Shown piece by piece: positions 50,990 to 60,855 of a stretch of DNA of 64,000 nucleotides (the stretch's first letter is position 1; the number at the start of each line of letters is the position of its first letter). The notes under the pieces are model-generated. The model worked only from the letters and a program-made list of their open reading frames with translations. It was not told the DNA's origin and made no database searches. The translations under genes were made by a program, and so were the position numbers. Origin of the DNA: Nostoc sp. DedSLP01 (GTDB taxonomy: Bacteria > Cyanobacteriota > Cyanobacteriia > Cyanobacteriales > Nostocaceae); assembly GCA_034530875.2 (NCBI GenBank), contig JAVRCJ020000007.1:1-64000 (forward strand). Direction: 5' to 3'.

Positions 50990-52705
50990 TTACCACCCGT
51001 AATCTTCACGCATTTGTTCATAATCAAAAACTTCCGGCATCTCTTGCTCAAGTTGGCTGTCAATAGATACTGCCTCTACTGATTCCTCTGGCTCAACAGG
51101 TATAAGTTGTTTAGCTTTTTTGATCTCAGCCTGTTCTACTTTCTGACGCTCTTTTTTAGTTTTCTTTTGAGTTTGGAATGTTTCGCGTTCTCTAACTTCA
51201 GCCAAAATTGAGCGATTGCTCACAGCCTTACCCGCTTCTCTGACCTTACGACTAATAGCTTTTGCCTCATCTAGAGATAGTTCCTCTGTCTCCAAATCTT
51301 GAGCATACGCGCGGGCAAGAAACACCTCTTTATCCCCTTCTGTGCGGTAAACCAAAATCGTTGTGATATCTCTGGGGTCATATCGCAATACAACACTTTC
51401 CCCTGCGTAACCCGCTAAGAGTTCACCTCGATACATCAAGTTTTCAAATTGCAGATATCCCCCGCGTTGAATTTGTCGCCGTGTTTGCTTCATTAGGCAA
51501 ATATCCAAATCCCTCTCGGAAAGTAAATCAGGGGAAGCAATTAAACCAGATTCCCAGCGTTGAAATCTTGTCTGATCGCCCATTCGAGCGTCAGATCGCT
51601 GGTTATAATTATTAACGATGTAACGCACCAACAATTGCTCTAACTGCCGCAACGTTAAGCAAGCTTCTTTCTCTGCTTCCTCTGGTCGCTCTTGAACGTT
51701 TGAACCTGTGTATCCTTGTAAAGTTGAGAATAATTCTGTATTTAGAGTTTTAAACGGACGCTCAACAATACCACCTTCGGATGGGCGATCGCGCAAATGA
51801 CAAACAAACCCTAACTGCACTCCTATTTGCTGTAAATGGTTGGAACGAAAATCCTTACCCCCATCTGTATAAAAGTGTTGCGGCAAACCAGAAGTACCCC
51901 ATTCTTCGTGAAGTCCATATTCTGAACCATATTGCTTAGGCAAAATTGCATGACGTAGCGCCAAAGCTACAACCTGAGAACTTGGTGCATCGTAGCCCAA
52001 GTTAATCCCCATAATGCAGCGCGAATAACTATCAATAACCGTTGTTAACCAAGGACGACTAAGAATTTTGCCATGCTGGTCTACTAATAAAACATCAACA
52101 AGGGTGTGGTCGGATTGCCAAACTTGGTTACTATGTTCTATTTGTAAATCTTTTCCATCACGGGTTTTTACTGATAAGCGCGAACCACGCCAACCTGGAC
52201 TGCGAATACTTTTAGCTTGCTCAATTTTATCTATTAATGGTTGCAAAATTCGGTAAACCGTCATGTGGGAAAGAGGCTTAACTCCTAGTTCATCAGCTCT
52301 AGCCTTAGCTTTGATAAATACCTGCTGGCGAGTCATCCTTTTACTTCCCTTATTACCCTGCTTATAGGTATTCAAAATAAACTCTTGCCAGTTTTCATCA
52401 ACTCGATGCTTCCCTTTATCCATCCGTTGATTTTGTGCTAGTCCAGCCAAACCCTCCTGTTCCCATTTGTCTACTAGTCGTCGCACTGTACGTACTGACT
52501 TCCCAAGCTTTTCTGCTGCTTCCTTGAGCTTTTGAGTATATGTAGTGCGATCGCTATTGTCTAAAAGACTTTGAATCACCTCCATTTTCAGCAAGGCTTC
52601 ATCTGAAAGTTTAGAAACTATAACGTTTGCTTCAGCAAGATCGTTACTAACATCTGCGGAGCTTGCCCAAGTCGTAGAGGTTGTAGAAAATTCTGCATCT
52701 TGCAT
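50990..52705 (-). CDS. tnsB: CAST DDE transposase TnsB
   Basis: WQSDHT, YTDGGKDF, GGIVERPF catalytic residues; YDPRDIT; C-terminal DYEQMREDYGW hook. Confidence 0.96.
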   Translation of the reverse strand: MQDAEFSTTSTTWASSADVSNDLAEANVIVSKLSDEALLKMEVIQSLLDNSDRTTYTQKLKEAAEKLGKSVRTVRRLVDKWEQEGLAGLAQNQRMDKGKHRVDENWQEFILNTYKQGNKGSKRMTRQQVFIKAKARADELGVKPLSHMTVYRILQPLIDKIEQAKSIRSPGWRGSRLSVKTRDGKDLQIEHSNQVWQSDHTLVDVLLVDQHGKILSRPWLTTVIDSYSRCIMGINLGYDAPSSQVVALALRHAILPKQYGSEYGLHEEWGTSGLPQHFYTDGGKDFRSNHLQQIGVQLGFVCHLRDRPSEGGIVERPFKTLNTELFSTLQGYTGSNVQERPEEAEKEACLTLRQLEQLLVRYIVNNYNQRSDARMGDQTRFQRWESGLIASPDLLSERDLDICLMKQTRRQIQRGGYLQFENLMYRGELLAGYAGESVVLRYDPRDITTILVYRTEGDKEVFLARAYAQDLETEELSLDEAKAISRKVREAGKAVSNRSILAEVRERETFQTQKKTKKERQKVEQAEIKKAKQLIPVEPEESVEAVSIDSQLEQEMPEVFDYEQMREDYGW

Positions 52706-52746
52706 ACAGTGTTTTATCAAAACATAGTTGTATTATACTAATCTAC

Positions 52747-52982
52747 TGACAAATAATTTGTTAATTTATGCAAAACCACTATATTTCCAGGTTTCTAGGA
52801 AGTGACAATTAAAATGTGAAATTTATGCTATTTGACATCTAATTTGTTAAATCTGACTTGAAGGGGTATTACTGTCTTCAATAGCAAAACCCCTGATACA
52901 ATCCTTGCTATATCAGGGGTTTAGGTATTTTGAATATTGTGACAATATTTTGTTAAATTGACAAATAATTAGTTAATGTACA
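52747..52982 (-). mobile_element. CAST right end with five TnsB-binding sites
   Basis: TGACA...TTAA-type sites starting at 52747, 52804, 52832, 52940, 52959; terminal TGTACA; 12-bp IR AAACCCCTGATA/TATCAGGGGTTT at 52887-52922. Confidence 0.9.
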
Positions 52983-53500
52983 AAAGGAAAAGATTGCCGT
53001 TTTTTAAAGTAAAAGCTTGCCGAACCCATAGCCTGACTAGCTTTGCAGTAAATCTACACTCTCCAAAAATGTGAAAAGTGTACTAAAGCCTTACGCAGTA
53101 TAGGATGAACGCCGATTTGGTCACGAACCAAAAATGGCGATCGCAGTATGGCTAATCATCAAACTCTTATACAGAGGGCATTTTTCTCTATCTATTGTTT
53201 GGACTCACGGCAGACTTTGACTTAAATTCTCGGGACTGGTGGTAGTTTTATCGTTTAACCGTAGTCAACAACCACTTAGCACAAATCGTAACAATCAGGC
53301 TTTCATGCTTTGATGCGGCAAGCTTATCCTTTAATTTCCAGCAATCTTTTCCTTTAAGTCACATTGACGGCAAAATTATGGTTCCAGTAGCGGCAAAGTT
53401 ATGGGTAAAGTCACAAAATCTATTTGTGTAAAATCAAAGTGCAGCAGAGATTTTTCTATATGAAAGTGTGCGAGTCATCTAATCCAAGAGTTTCCCCACC

Positions 53501-54085
53501 ATGATCGCAGCCAAAGACAACGCCCCCCACCTCACCCCAGACGATTACTTTGCCTGGGAAGCAACCCAACTGGAAAAACACGAATACATCGACGGCAAAG
53601 TTTACGCCATGAGCGGTGGTAGCGTCAATCATGGTCGTATTGCCATCCGCTTCACCGCCATGTTCGACAGCCATTTAGAAAATACAGGTTGCATCACTGG
53701 AAATTCTGATATCAAAGTTAATATCTTGGGTACTAATAACTATACCTACCCAGATGCCAGCGTTACCTGCGACGATCGCGATAAAACCACCACCCAATAT
53801 ATTACCTACCCCTGCCTCATTGTCGAAGTCCTCTCCGCCAGCACCGAAGCCTACGACAGAGGCGGCAAATTCCGAATGTACCGCCAAAACTCAGCCTTAA
53901 TTGATTACCTACTAGTCAGTTCTACTAGCATCGAAGTTGATTTGTATCACAAAAACGACGCAGGCGACTGGTTGATTATCAACTACAAAGCAGGCGACAC
54001 CATCGAACTCAAAAGCATTAACCTCAATTTCCCTATTGAACAAGTCTATCGCGGTTTAACCCTTGAACCAGAGAATGGGGAATAG
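53501..54085 (+). CDS. Uma2 (DUF820) family endonuclease-like protein
   Basis: KHEYIDG.VYAMSGG, YPDASV, IVEVLSAST..YDRGGKF..Y. Confidence 0.88.
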   Translation: MIAAKDNAPHLTPDDYFAWEATQLEKHEYIDGKVYAMSGGSVNHGRIAIRFTAMFDSHLENTGCITGNSDIKVNILGTNNYTYPDASVTCDDRDKTTTQYITYPCLIVEVLSASTEAYDRGGKFRMYRQNSALIDYLLVSSTSIEVDLYHKNDAGDWLIINYKAGDTIELKSINLNFPIEQVYRGLTLEPENGE

Positions 54086-54375
54086 AATCAAAAATATTGG
54101 AGAATAAATAATTGATAAAATCAATGCCCACTCAACTGCAATTCCTAACCAAATTAAACGGTTTGTAAAAAAGCCCAACCGGAAAATTGAAACTCTTTCG
54201 GAACGACAAGCAAAGACGTTACCATCCTGACAAGCAACAATTACAGCCAATGTCACAGTTGTCGCTTGATAGTAAATTGCCATCGCGTTCTGCTTCTGTT
54301 AGTTCCTGCTGTTGTCCGTTATGCAAAATAAACCGAGAATGTTGCACCATATCCAATGGCGCTTTTCTCACCGTC
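54086..54375 (-). pseudogene. Relic of a cation-transporting P-type ATPase
   Basis: C-terminal piece YQATTVTLAVIVACQDGNVFACRSERVSIFRLGFFTNRLIWLGIAVE fused out of frame to an N-domain-like piece KAPLDMVQHSRFILHNG. Confidence 0.6.
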
Positions 54376-54512
54376 GAACTCACGTTAAGTGAGGTACAAC
54401 CAGGAGTGAATTCATCAAACATAAAGAGTTTCGTTCTAACTCCTTCCTTCTGCCTCCTGCCTCCTGCCTTCGTTAAAAATGGTTTCTGAGAAGTAGTTAC
54501 CTCAAGAATGAT

Positions 54513-57197
54513 TTAATTTTGGATATAAATATAACTACATTCTGAAGCTGGTGTAGCTAAAACTTCTGAAATTGTTTGAAATAGTCTGTCTGTTTCTACA
54601 GGCTTAACTAAATACATTTGGAAGCCGGCAGCTAAGGCTTGTTTTTGGTTAATTTCTCCAGCATAAGCTGTAAGTGCGATCGCGGGAATTTTACCTCCTT
54701 TTTCTAACGGCATAGCTCGAATTAATCGCATCAACATATAACCATCTATTCCGGGCATCGCAATATCGCTCAATATTAAATCTACTTTAGTTTTTGCTAA
54801 GGTTTCTAAAGCTTCAATTGCTGATACCACTGCCGTCACTTTTGCTCCAGATTGTGCCAATATATAAGTGAGAAATTCACCCGTATCGGCATCATCATCT
54901 ACTACTAATATATGCAACCCTGGCAAACTTAAAGTATTATTGGATGGTTGAATTTTTGGTATTATTGGGGTTGGATCGGGCATTAATGGTAATCTAACTG
55001 TAAATGTTGCCCCCATGCCTTCTCCTGCACTTTCTGCTTTCACAGTACCACCATGTAACTCTGTTAGATGCTTAACAATAGCTAAGCCTAAACCTAAGCC
55101 TCCAAATTCTCTGGTACTTGTGGCATCTGCTTGACGAAAATAATCAAATACGAATGGGAGAAATTCTGGAATAATACCTTTACCATTATCTTGGACTTGA
55201 ACTTCTGCGTAGTTATTAACTTGTTGTAATCTGATTTTTATCTTTCCGGCTGCGGGAGTGAATTTAACAGCATTAGAAAGCAGGTTCCAAATGATTTGTT
55301 GTAGACGACCTGCATCGCCTGCAACCATACAAATGTCATAGTCTAGTACAGTTTCTAGACTAATGTTTTTGGCTTCAATTGCTAGTCCGATTGTTTCTTT
55401 TGCTTCTTCAATAGTGTTAGCTAAATTCACAGGCTGGATATTTAAAGTAATTTTTCCCCTTTGGATACGGGAGACATCCAATAAGTCCTCAATTAGTTGA
55501 ATTTGTAATTTAGCATTGCGCTCAATAGTTTCTATTCCTCGTATTTTTGTAGCTTGTTCCAAGCTATCCTTTTTCAGCAGCGTTGCCCAACCCAAAATCG
55601 GGTTAAGGGGATTACGCAATTCATGGGAAAGAATAGCTAAAAATTCATCTTTTAACCGATTGGCTTTTTCTGCTTCACTTCTAGCAATTTGTTCGCGTCT
55701 GAGCAAATATTCGCGTTCTTGCTCTACATGTTTGCGTTTTGTAATATCTCTAAAAAATATCCCCAGGCCATCTTCAGCAGGGTAGGCGTGAATTTCTAAC
55801 CACATATCCCACGGTACGTATAATGCCTGAAAATGAACGGGGATATTTTCTAAAAGCGATCGCTCGTATTCTCGCTCAAATTCTGAATCCCTAGCCCCAG
55901 CCCACTGTTCCCAGTAATTTGTACCAATCAAGTCTGCTGGTGTTGAATTCAGAATTTTTGCCGCTTGGTGATTAGCATAAGTAATCTCCCAATCTCGATT
56001 CACAACAATAAAAGCATCAGTCATACTCGACAAAATATTACTCAAACGACTGTGGAGAGATTGTTCGCGCTTGAGTAATTCATCTTTTTCTCGGTGGGAT
56101 TCTTCTAAGGAAATATTAGTTTGTGCCAGCGATTCATTAAGTTTGATGAGTTGTTCTGATAATTCAGCACGGACTTGATATTCACCGAGTCTGACTCTTT
56201 CTACTGCCAACTCTACTTGAATTTGCGATCGCTCTGTAATCGCAATGCCTACAAATAAGCTAACAATACACTGCACCAATAAACTCAACTTGTGGACGTG
56301 CAATACTTGTGCCTCTACGGGAAATGTAGGCAAAGATATAGCGTTGGGATACGCCACTAGATAAGAAAACAATGTCACTAGTACGCAAAAACTAGAAACG
56401 AACGTCCCAGCGATGACACCAAAGCGAGTTGCAGCCCAAATTACAGGTACAAAACTCAAAAAAGATAATTGCTGAAATCTAAAGCCATTGCGATCGCTTT
56501 CCGCAACAGTAATAGTTGCTATTACTACACAAAGCAGGATTATAGTGCTGAATTCTACTATAAAACGACGGGAAAGTGGAAAATTGAGCGACACAAATGA
56601 AGAGTTTAATGGTTCGGGATTTAATAACCAACCCCGAGATTGGAGATAAGGAGTGATGACAAATAAGGCAGTGGGAGCAATAGCCATAATTCCCATCGCA
56701 TTGCCTAACCACCAATGGGAAATACTATTACCTAAGCTGCTAATGGGAATTTTACCCATTGCGGCAAAAGTTAAGTTACCAGCGATCGCTAAGCTAGCAC
56801 TGGCAATTATAGGTACAGCCACAGTAAAAAGTGTAGCGTCTTTGAGGGTATTGATTGTTCGAGAACCTCTCCACAAACGACGATAAAGCACCCAAGCAAT
56901 AAGAGGTTCGATCGTATCCGTAAATGCACCTAATCGCTCCCAACCATGAAAACCCCAAGCCGGAGCCATCAAAAAAGATGCTAGCCCAGTGAGAACGATC
57001 CCACGAGGCCCAAACCAGAAAGTTAAGGCGATGGCTACCCCTGATGGCGGGAACCACAGCGAGACTTGAGGCTGAATCCGGTAAATCAATGCCATCCCAT
57101 GAGCAGCGATTAAGGCAAGTAAGCCCAACAGTGAAATCATCAGCCATTGATGTATGGGATTAATTTTCCTGGAGTTTTTCATAGGCTGCATAATCAA
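54513..57197 (-). CDS. MASE1-PAS hybrid histidine kinase
   Basis: SLWFPPSG, WWLGNAMG (MASE1); PAS DAFIVVNRDW; SHELRNPL; receiver; start uncertain. Confidence 0.88.
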   Translation of the reverse strand: MIMQPMKNSRKINPIHQWLMISLLGLLALIAAHGMALIYRIQPQVSLWFPPSGVAIALTFWFGPRGIVLTGLASFLMAPAWGFHGWERLGAFTDTIEPLIAWVLYRRLWRGSRTINTLKDATLFTVAVPIIASASLAIAGNLTFAAMGKIPISSLGNSISHWWLGNAMGIMAIAPTALFVITPYLQSRGWLLNPEPLNSSFVSLNFPLSRRFIVEFSTIILLCVVIATITVAESDRNGFRFQQLSFLSFVPVIWAATRFGVIAGTFVSSFCVLVTLFSYLVAYPNAISLPTFPVEAQVLHVHKLSLLVQCIVSLFVGIAITERSQIQVELAVERVRLGEYQVRAELSEQLIKLNESLAQTNISLEESHREKDELLKREQSLHSRLSNILSSMTDAFIVVNRDWEITYANHQAAKILNSTPADLIGTNYWEQWAGARDSEFEREYERSLLENIPVHFQALYVPWDMWLEIHAYPAEDGLGIFFRDITKRKHVEQEREYLLRREQIARSEAEKANRLKDEFLAILSHELRNPLNPILGWATLLKKDSLEQATKIRGIETIERNAKLQIQLIEDLLDVSRIQRGKITLNIQPVNLANTIEEAKETIGLAIEAKNISLETVLDYDICMVAGDAGRLQQIIWNLLSNAVKFTPAAGKIKIRLQQVNNYAEVQVQDNGKGIIPEFLPFVFDYFRQADATSTREFGGLGLGLAIVKHLTELHGGTVKAESAGEGMGATFTVRLPLMPDPTPIIPKIQPSNNTLSLPGLHILVVDDDADTGEFLTYILAQSGAKVTAVVSAIEALETLAKTKVDLILSDIAMPGIDGYMLMRLIRAMPLEKGGKIPAIALTAYAGEINQKQALAAGFQMYLVKPVETDRLFQTISEVLATPASECSYIYIQN

Positions 57198-57635
57198 GGT
57201 GTGCTTTGTGCTTGAGCTGAGGTAATTACAAATTTACCAATAGTTTCAATCTGTGATTGATTGGGAAGTAATTTTTCCTTCGCGTAGTTGAGTCCCAATT
57301 ACTGGACAATAGTTATTGTCATCTAATTTTTACCGTTCGCGATTAGTTATCACCTTTCTTTAAATTCTTTCTTCCGGGAATTTCAGATTTGGCGCTACAT
57401 ACCGCTGTCTTTTTGAAGCATAAAGGATATAAATTGTTAACTCCGAGCTGCTTCAATATTGACAATCTGTTAGTTGACGCTAACCTATACCACAATTTGT
57501 AATGTTACCAGTCATTTGTATGGCGATCGCTAAGAGGATGTTTGAAAAGTCCTCTTGGTGGTATCAAAAGTTTTAGATGCCTCTAAATCTTCCTTTTGAA
57601 GGGAGACTTTGATTCCGTTTCCCTCCTTTTTAAGG

Positions 57636-57802
57636 CTACGGTGTACACACATCTGTGTAGAAAATCAAAATCCTCGTAGATCCGTCATTATCCTCCTTAA
57701 AAAAAAGGACTTTGAGAAGTTTTTGCCCCCCAATTTATCGGGGGGTTGGGGGGATCGAAAGTCTGCGAGGTAACTTTAGAAGACTTGTGTGTACACCGTA
57801 GC
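57636..57802. mobile_element. MITE-like inverted repeat nested in a REP-like element
   Basis: GCTACGGTGTACACACA ... TGTGTGTACACCGTAGC flanked by TTTTAAGG on both sides. Confidence 0.55.
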
Positions 57803-58144
57803 TTTTTAAGGGGAGTTAGGGGGGATCTAATTTTCTTGTGGGTGGACGTCTCGCCGACTCATAAGTAAGGGCAGACAAGATGTCCGCCCTACTAGTAGTA
57901 TTAATTTATTTCTTGGTAATCTCTACCATTAATTACGAATTACCAATTAGTAATTATCGAAACAATTGGATCTAAAACCGGACTTCATCCCGCTACGGAA
58001 AGCGGAGCGTCTCATTAACGTAGCCTCTCGTAGAGAAGAGAAGACAGCCTTTTAAGGGGAAAAGTTTTTGGAATGGTTATAAATCCTCGTTACAAAAACG
58101 GCTTCCAGCAAGAACTGCCCCTGCCTCCTGCCTTCGTTAATCAG

Positions 58145-58849
58145 TTATTTAACTTCTTCATACCATATACCAACGGTTTCAAAAGCAGCATAAGCAAGCT
58201 TGAGAAAATTCACCACTCTCTGTTTGCTAACGATCCCAAATTCTTTATACTGCCTTGCCTCGGCAAATGTTAATCTATGCTGGTCTATAATATTCCTTTC
58301 TTTATACGTTAGTTTAGGAAAATCTATAGCCTTAATATTATATTTTTTTACTATCTCTTGTATTGTGGCATCAGAATTTACATGTTCCCAGTCATCGCAT
58401 AAGCCTAAATTTCTAACTAATACATGAGGAATTTTGCCATCATAATTATTTACAGATTGCTTAAATAAATTTAGGCTGTCATACCCTCCTGTCGAGACAA
58501 ACCACTTACAAAAATCTACCCCTTGCGACTCTCCCAGTTCAATTAAATGGTTCTTCTCAATCCATTCTTTGACTGCTCTATGAGATTGTGCCGCTAAATT
58601 AGCAATCACTGTTTTATTCATTGCGATCTCAAAGATTCTATCCGCCTTATCAGCTTGCCTCTCATCTTCCGTAAATACTGCATACTGACATATTCCTTTG
58701 TACACTCCAGCTACATCCGGGTTTGACCTATCCGTTTCTACTGGTACAAACGGCATATTCTTATCTAGGCAATACTGAATCATGGTTCTAGCGACCAGAG
58801 ATTTGCCTACCCCTCCCTTTTCCCCATCTATCAAATGAATTGTTGGCAT
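58145..58849 (-). CDS. MobD-like / ParA-type P-loop protein
   Basis: IDGEKGGVGKS, VETDRSNPDV, NLAAQ, VLVRNLG. Confidence 0.65.
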   Translation of the reverse strand: MPTIHLIDGEKGGVGKSLVARTMIQYCLDKNMPFVPVETDRSNPDVAGVYKGICQYAVFTEDERQADKADRIFEIAMNKTVIANLAAQSHRAVKEWIEKNHLIELGESQGVDFCKWFVSTGGYDSLNLFKQSVNNYDGKIPHVLVRNLGLCDDWEHVNSDATIQEIVKKYNIKAIDFPKLTYKERNIIDQHRLTFAEARQYKEFGIVSKQRVVNFLKLAYAAFETVGIWYEEVK

Positions 58850-59317
58850 AGCTTGACTCCTGTATATTTACGGTATCTGTAAAATTTAGAAACTAAAGGC
58901 TGGTTTTGTTAGTGGATCGCGCAGGCATACTAGCCAGAAACGCTACACACCAAACGCCGATCCAACCAAACTGAACATCCGTATTATAGGAGAGCGAAAC
59001 GGAATTCATACTCTAAATCTAGAAACCTCGATCGAACAAGCCATTATACTCTTTCCCATTCAGATTGATACAGATGGCAAGTAGGGGAAGCTAGGGTTCC
59101 AAGCGCAACCTTGATAATATAACAGAAGGCAGAAGGTAAAACTAAATATCTAAGTAAATCAACTTAATTAAACATAAAACAATAGTAGGGTGCGTTGCGC
59201 TTTGCGGCAACGCACCTCAATTGATATAGTAGAATCTATCGAGATGCCGTACCCTCAGCCGTAACACACCCTACATTTATTTACATCGACATCTTACGTT
59301 TTTTTAGGTTGAGCTAC

Positions 59318-60853
59318 TTACCAAGAATGAATTTTATTTGAAATAGAACAGACTAGTTCAGGCGATCGCGCTTGTAGAGGAATAGTAAGAGTAAACTCTG
59401 CCCCTTGTCCGGGTGTGGAAATACATTGCATATTACCGCCATGTTTGGCAACAATTTGATAGCTAATACTTAATCCTAAACCCGTTCCTTTACCTACAGG
59501 CTTTGTCGTAAAAAATGGGTCGAAAAGATGTTTCAACACATCTTCAGTCATTCCCGGGCCGTTATCTGCAATTTGAATCGCAACATATTGATTGTTAATG
59601 ACTGTAGTCCGAATCCAAATTTGACTTTGCCAAGATTGAGAATTTTGCAGATACTTTTCTTGTTGATACTCTTCTAAAGCATCAATTGCATTAGCAAGCA
59701 AATTCATAAATACTTGATTGAGTTGCCCAGCATAACAATCGACCAAGGGCAAATCTCCATATTGTTTAATTACTTGAATGCTGGGATAATTTGTACTAGC
59801 TTTGAGACGATTTTGCAAAATCAAAAGCGTACTATCTAAGCCATCATGAATATCAACTGGTTTCATTTCCGCTTCATCAAGCCGAGAAAAATTCCGTAGT
59901 GATTGAATAATTTCACGGATACGTTCTGCGCCAACTTTCATAGAAGCTAACATATTCGGCAGGTCTTTAATGAGAAAAGGTAAATCCATTGCCTCTGCTT
60001 GCTCTGCAATTTCTAGAGATGGCTCAGTAGTATTTTTTTCATACAAATGTAAAAGTTCGAGTAAATCTTGAATATATTGACTGGCATGAATTAAGTTGCC
60101 ATAAATAAAGTTAACAGGATTATTAATTTCGTGAGCCACTCCTGCTACTAAATATCCCAAACTAGACATTTTTTCACTTTGAACTAACTGGCTTTGAGTG
60201 TCTTGCAATTGGCGAAATGCAATTTCTAACTGAGTGGCTTGTTCTCGATAACGAGTTTCTGATTGCTGCAAAGCTTGTGTTGTTAAAATGCGCTCTTGAA
60301 TTTCTTGGTGGAGTTGTTGATTTATTGTTTGCAGTTGGGATGTTCTAGCTTCTACGCGTTTTTCTAATTCGCTAGTTAATTGCAAAAGTTCTTGTTCTGC
60401 TTTAACTCGCTCTTGAATTTCCTGTTCTAAACACAGAGAACGATCTTGCACTTTTTTGGTTAAACTTCGCAAGCTTAGATGAATTTTGACTCGAGCTAAA
60501 ACTTCCTCATGCTGCAATGGTTTAGTAATATAATCTACAGCCCCAAGGCTCAATCCCTTAACTTTATCAACTGTTTCAGAAAGTGCAGTCATGAAAATTA
60601 TCGGAATATCTTTTGTACTTTCTTTTGCTTTTAAATGGCGGCAAGTTTCAAAGCCATCTATACCTGGCATGAGTACATCTAGCAAAATTAAATCGGGTAG
60701 AGCATATTCTAATTGCTCTATTGCATCTTCGCCATCTTGAGCAACTAAAACTTCAAAGCCTGCATTTGCTAACAAATCAAATAATATCCCTAAATTTGTT
60801 GGCGTATCATCAACAATTAAAATAACGTTGTTTTCAGTATTTGCAAAATTCAT
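59318..60853 (-). CDS. Receiver-histidine kinase hybrid
   Basis: [40 protein letters not shown]. Confidence 0.9.
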   Translation of the reverse strand: MNFANTENNVILIVDDTPTNLGILFDLLANAGFEVLVAQDGEDAIEQLEYALPDLILLDVLMPGIDGFETCRHLKAKESTKDIPIIFMTALSETVDKVKGLSLGAVDYITKPLQHEEVLARVKIHLSLRSLTKKVQDRSLCLEQEIQERVKAEQELLQLTSELEKRVEARTSQLQTINQQLHQEIQERILTTQALQQSETRYREQATQLEIAFRQLQDTQSQLVQSEKMSSLGYLVAGVAHEINNPVNFIYGNLIHASQYIQDLLELLHLYEKNTTEPSLEIAEQAEAMDLPFLIKDLPNMLASMKVGAERIREIIQSLRNFSRLDEAEMKPVDIHDGLDSTLLILQNRLKASTNYPSIQVIKQYGDLPLVDCYAGQLNQVFMNLLANAIDALEEYQQEKYLQNSQSWQSQIWIRTTVINNQYVAIQIADNGPGMTEDVLKHLFDPFFTTKPVGKGTGLGLSISYQIVAKHGGNMQCISTPGQGAEFTLTIPLQARSPELVCSISNKIHSW

Positions 60854-60855
60854 GA

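Larger units (their letters stand above)
20232..52982. mobile_element. Type V-K CRISPR-associated transposon (CAST), about 32.75 kb
   Basis: Terminal inverted repeat TGTACATTAACTAATTATTTGTCA at both ends; cas12k, tracrRNA, array, cvkR, tniQ, tnsC, tnsB, no tnsA; next to the tRNA targeted by its own spacer. Confidence 0.96.
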
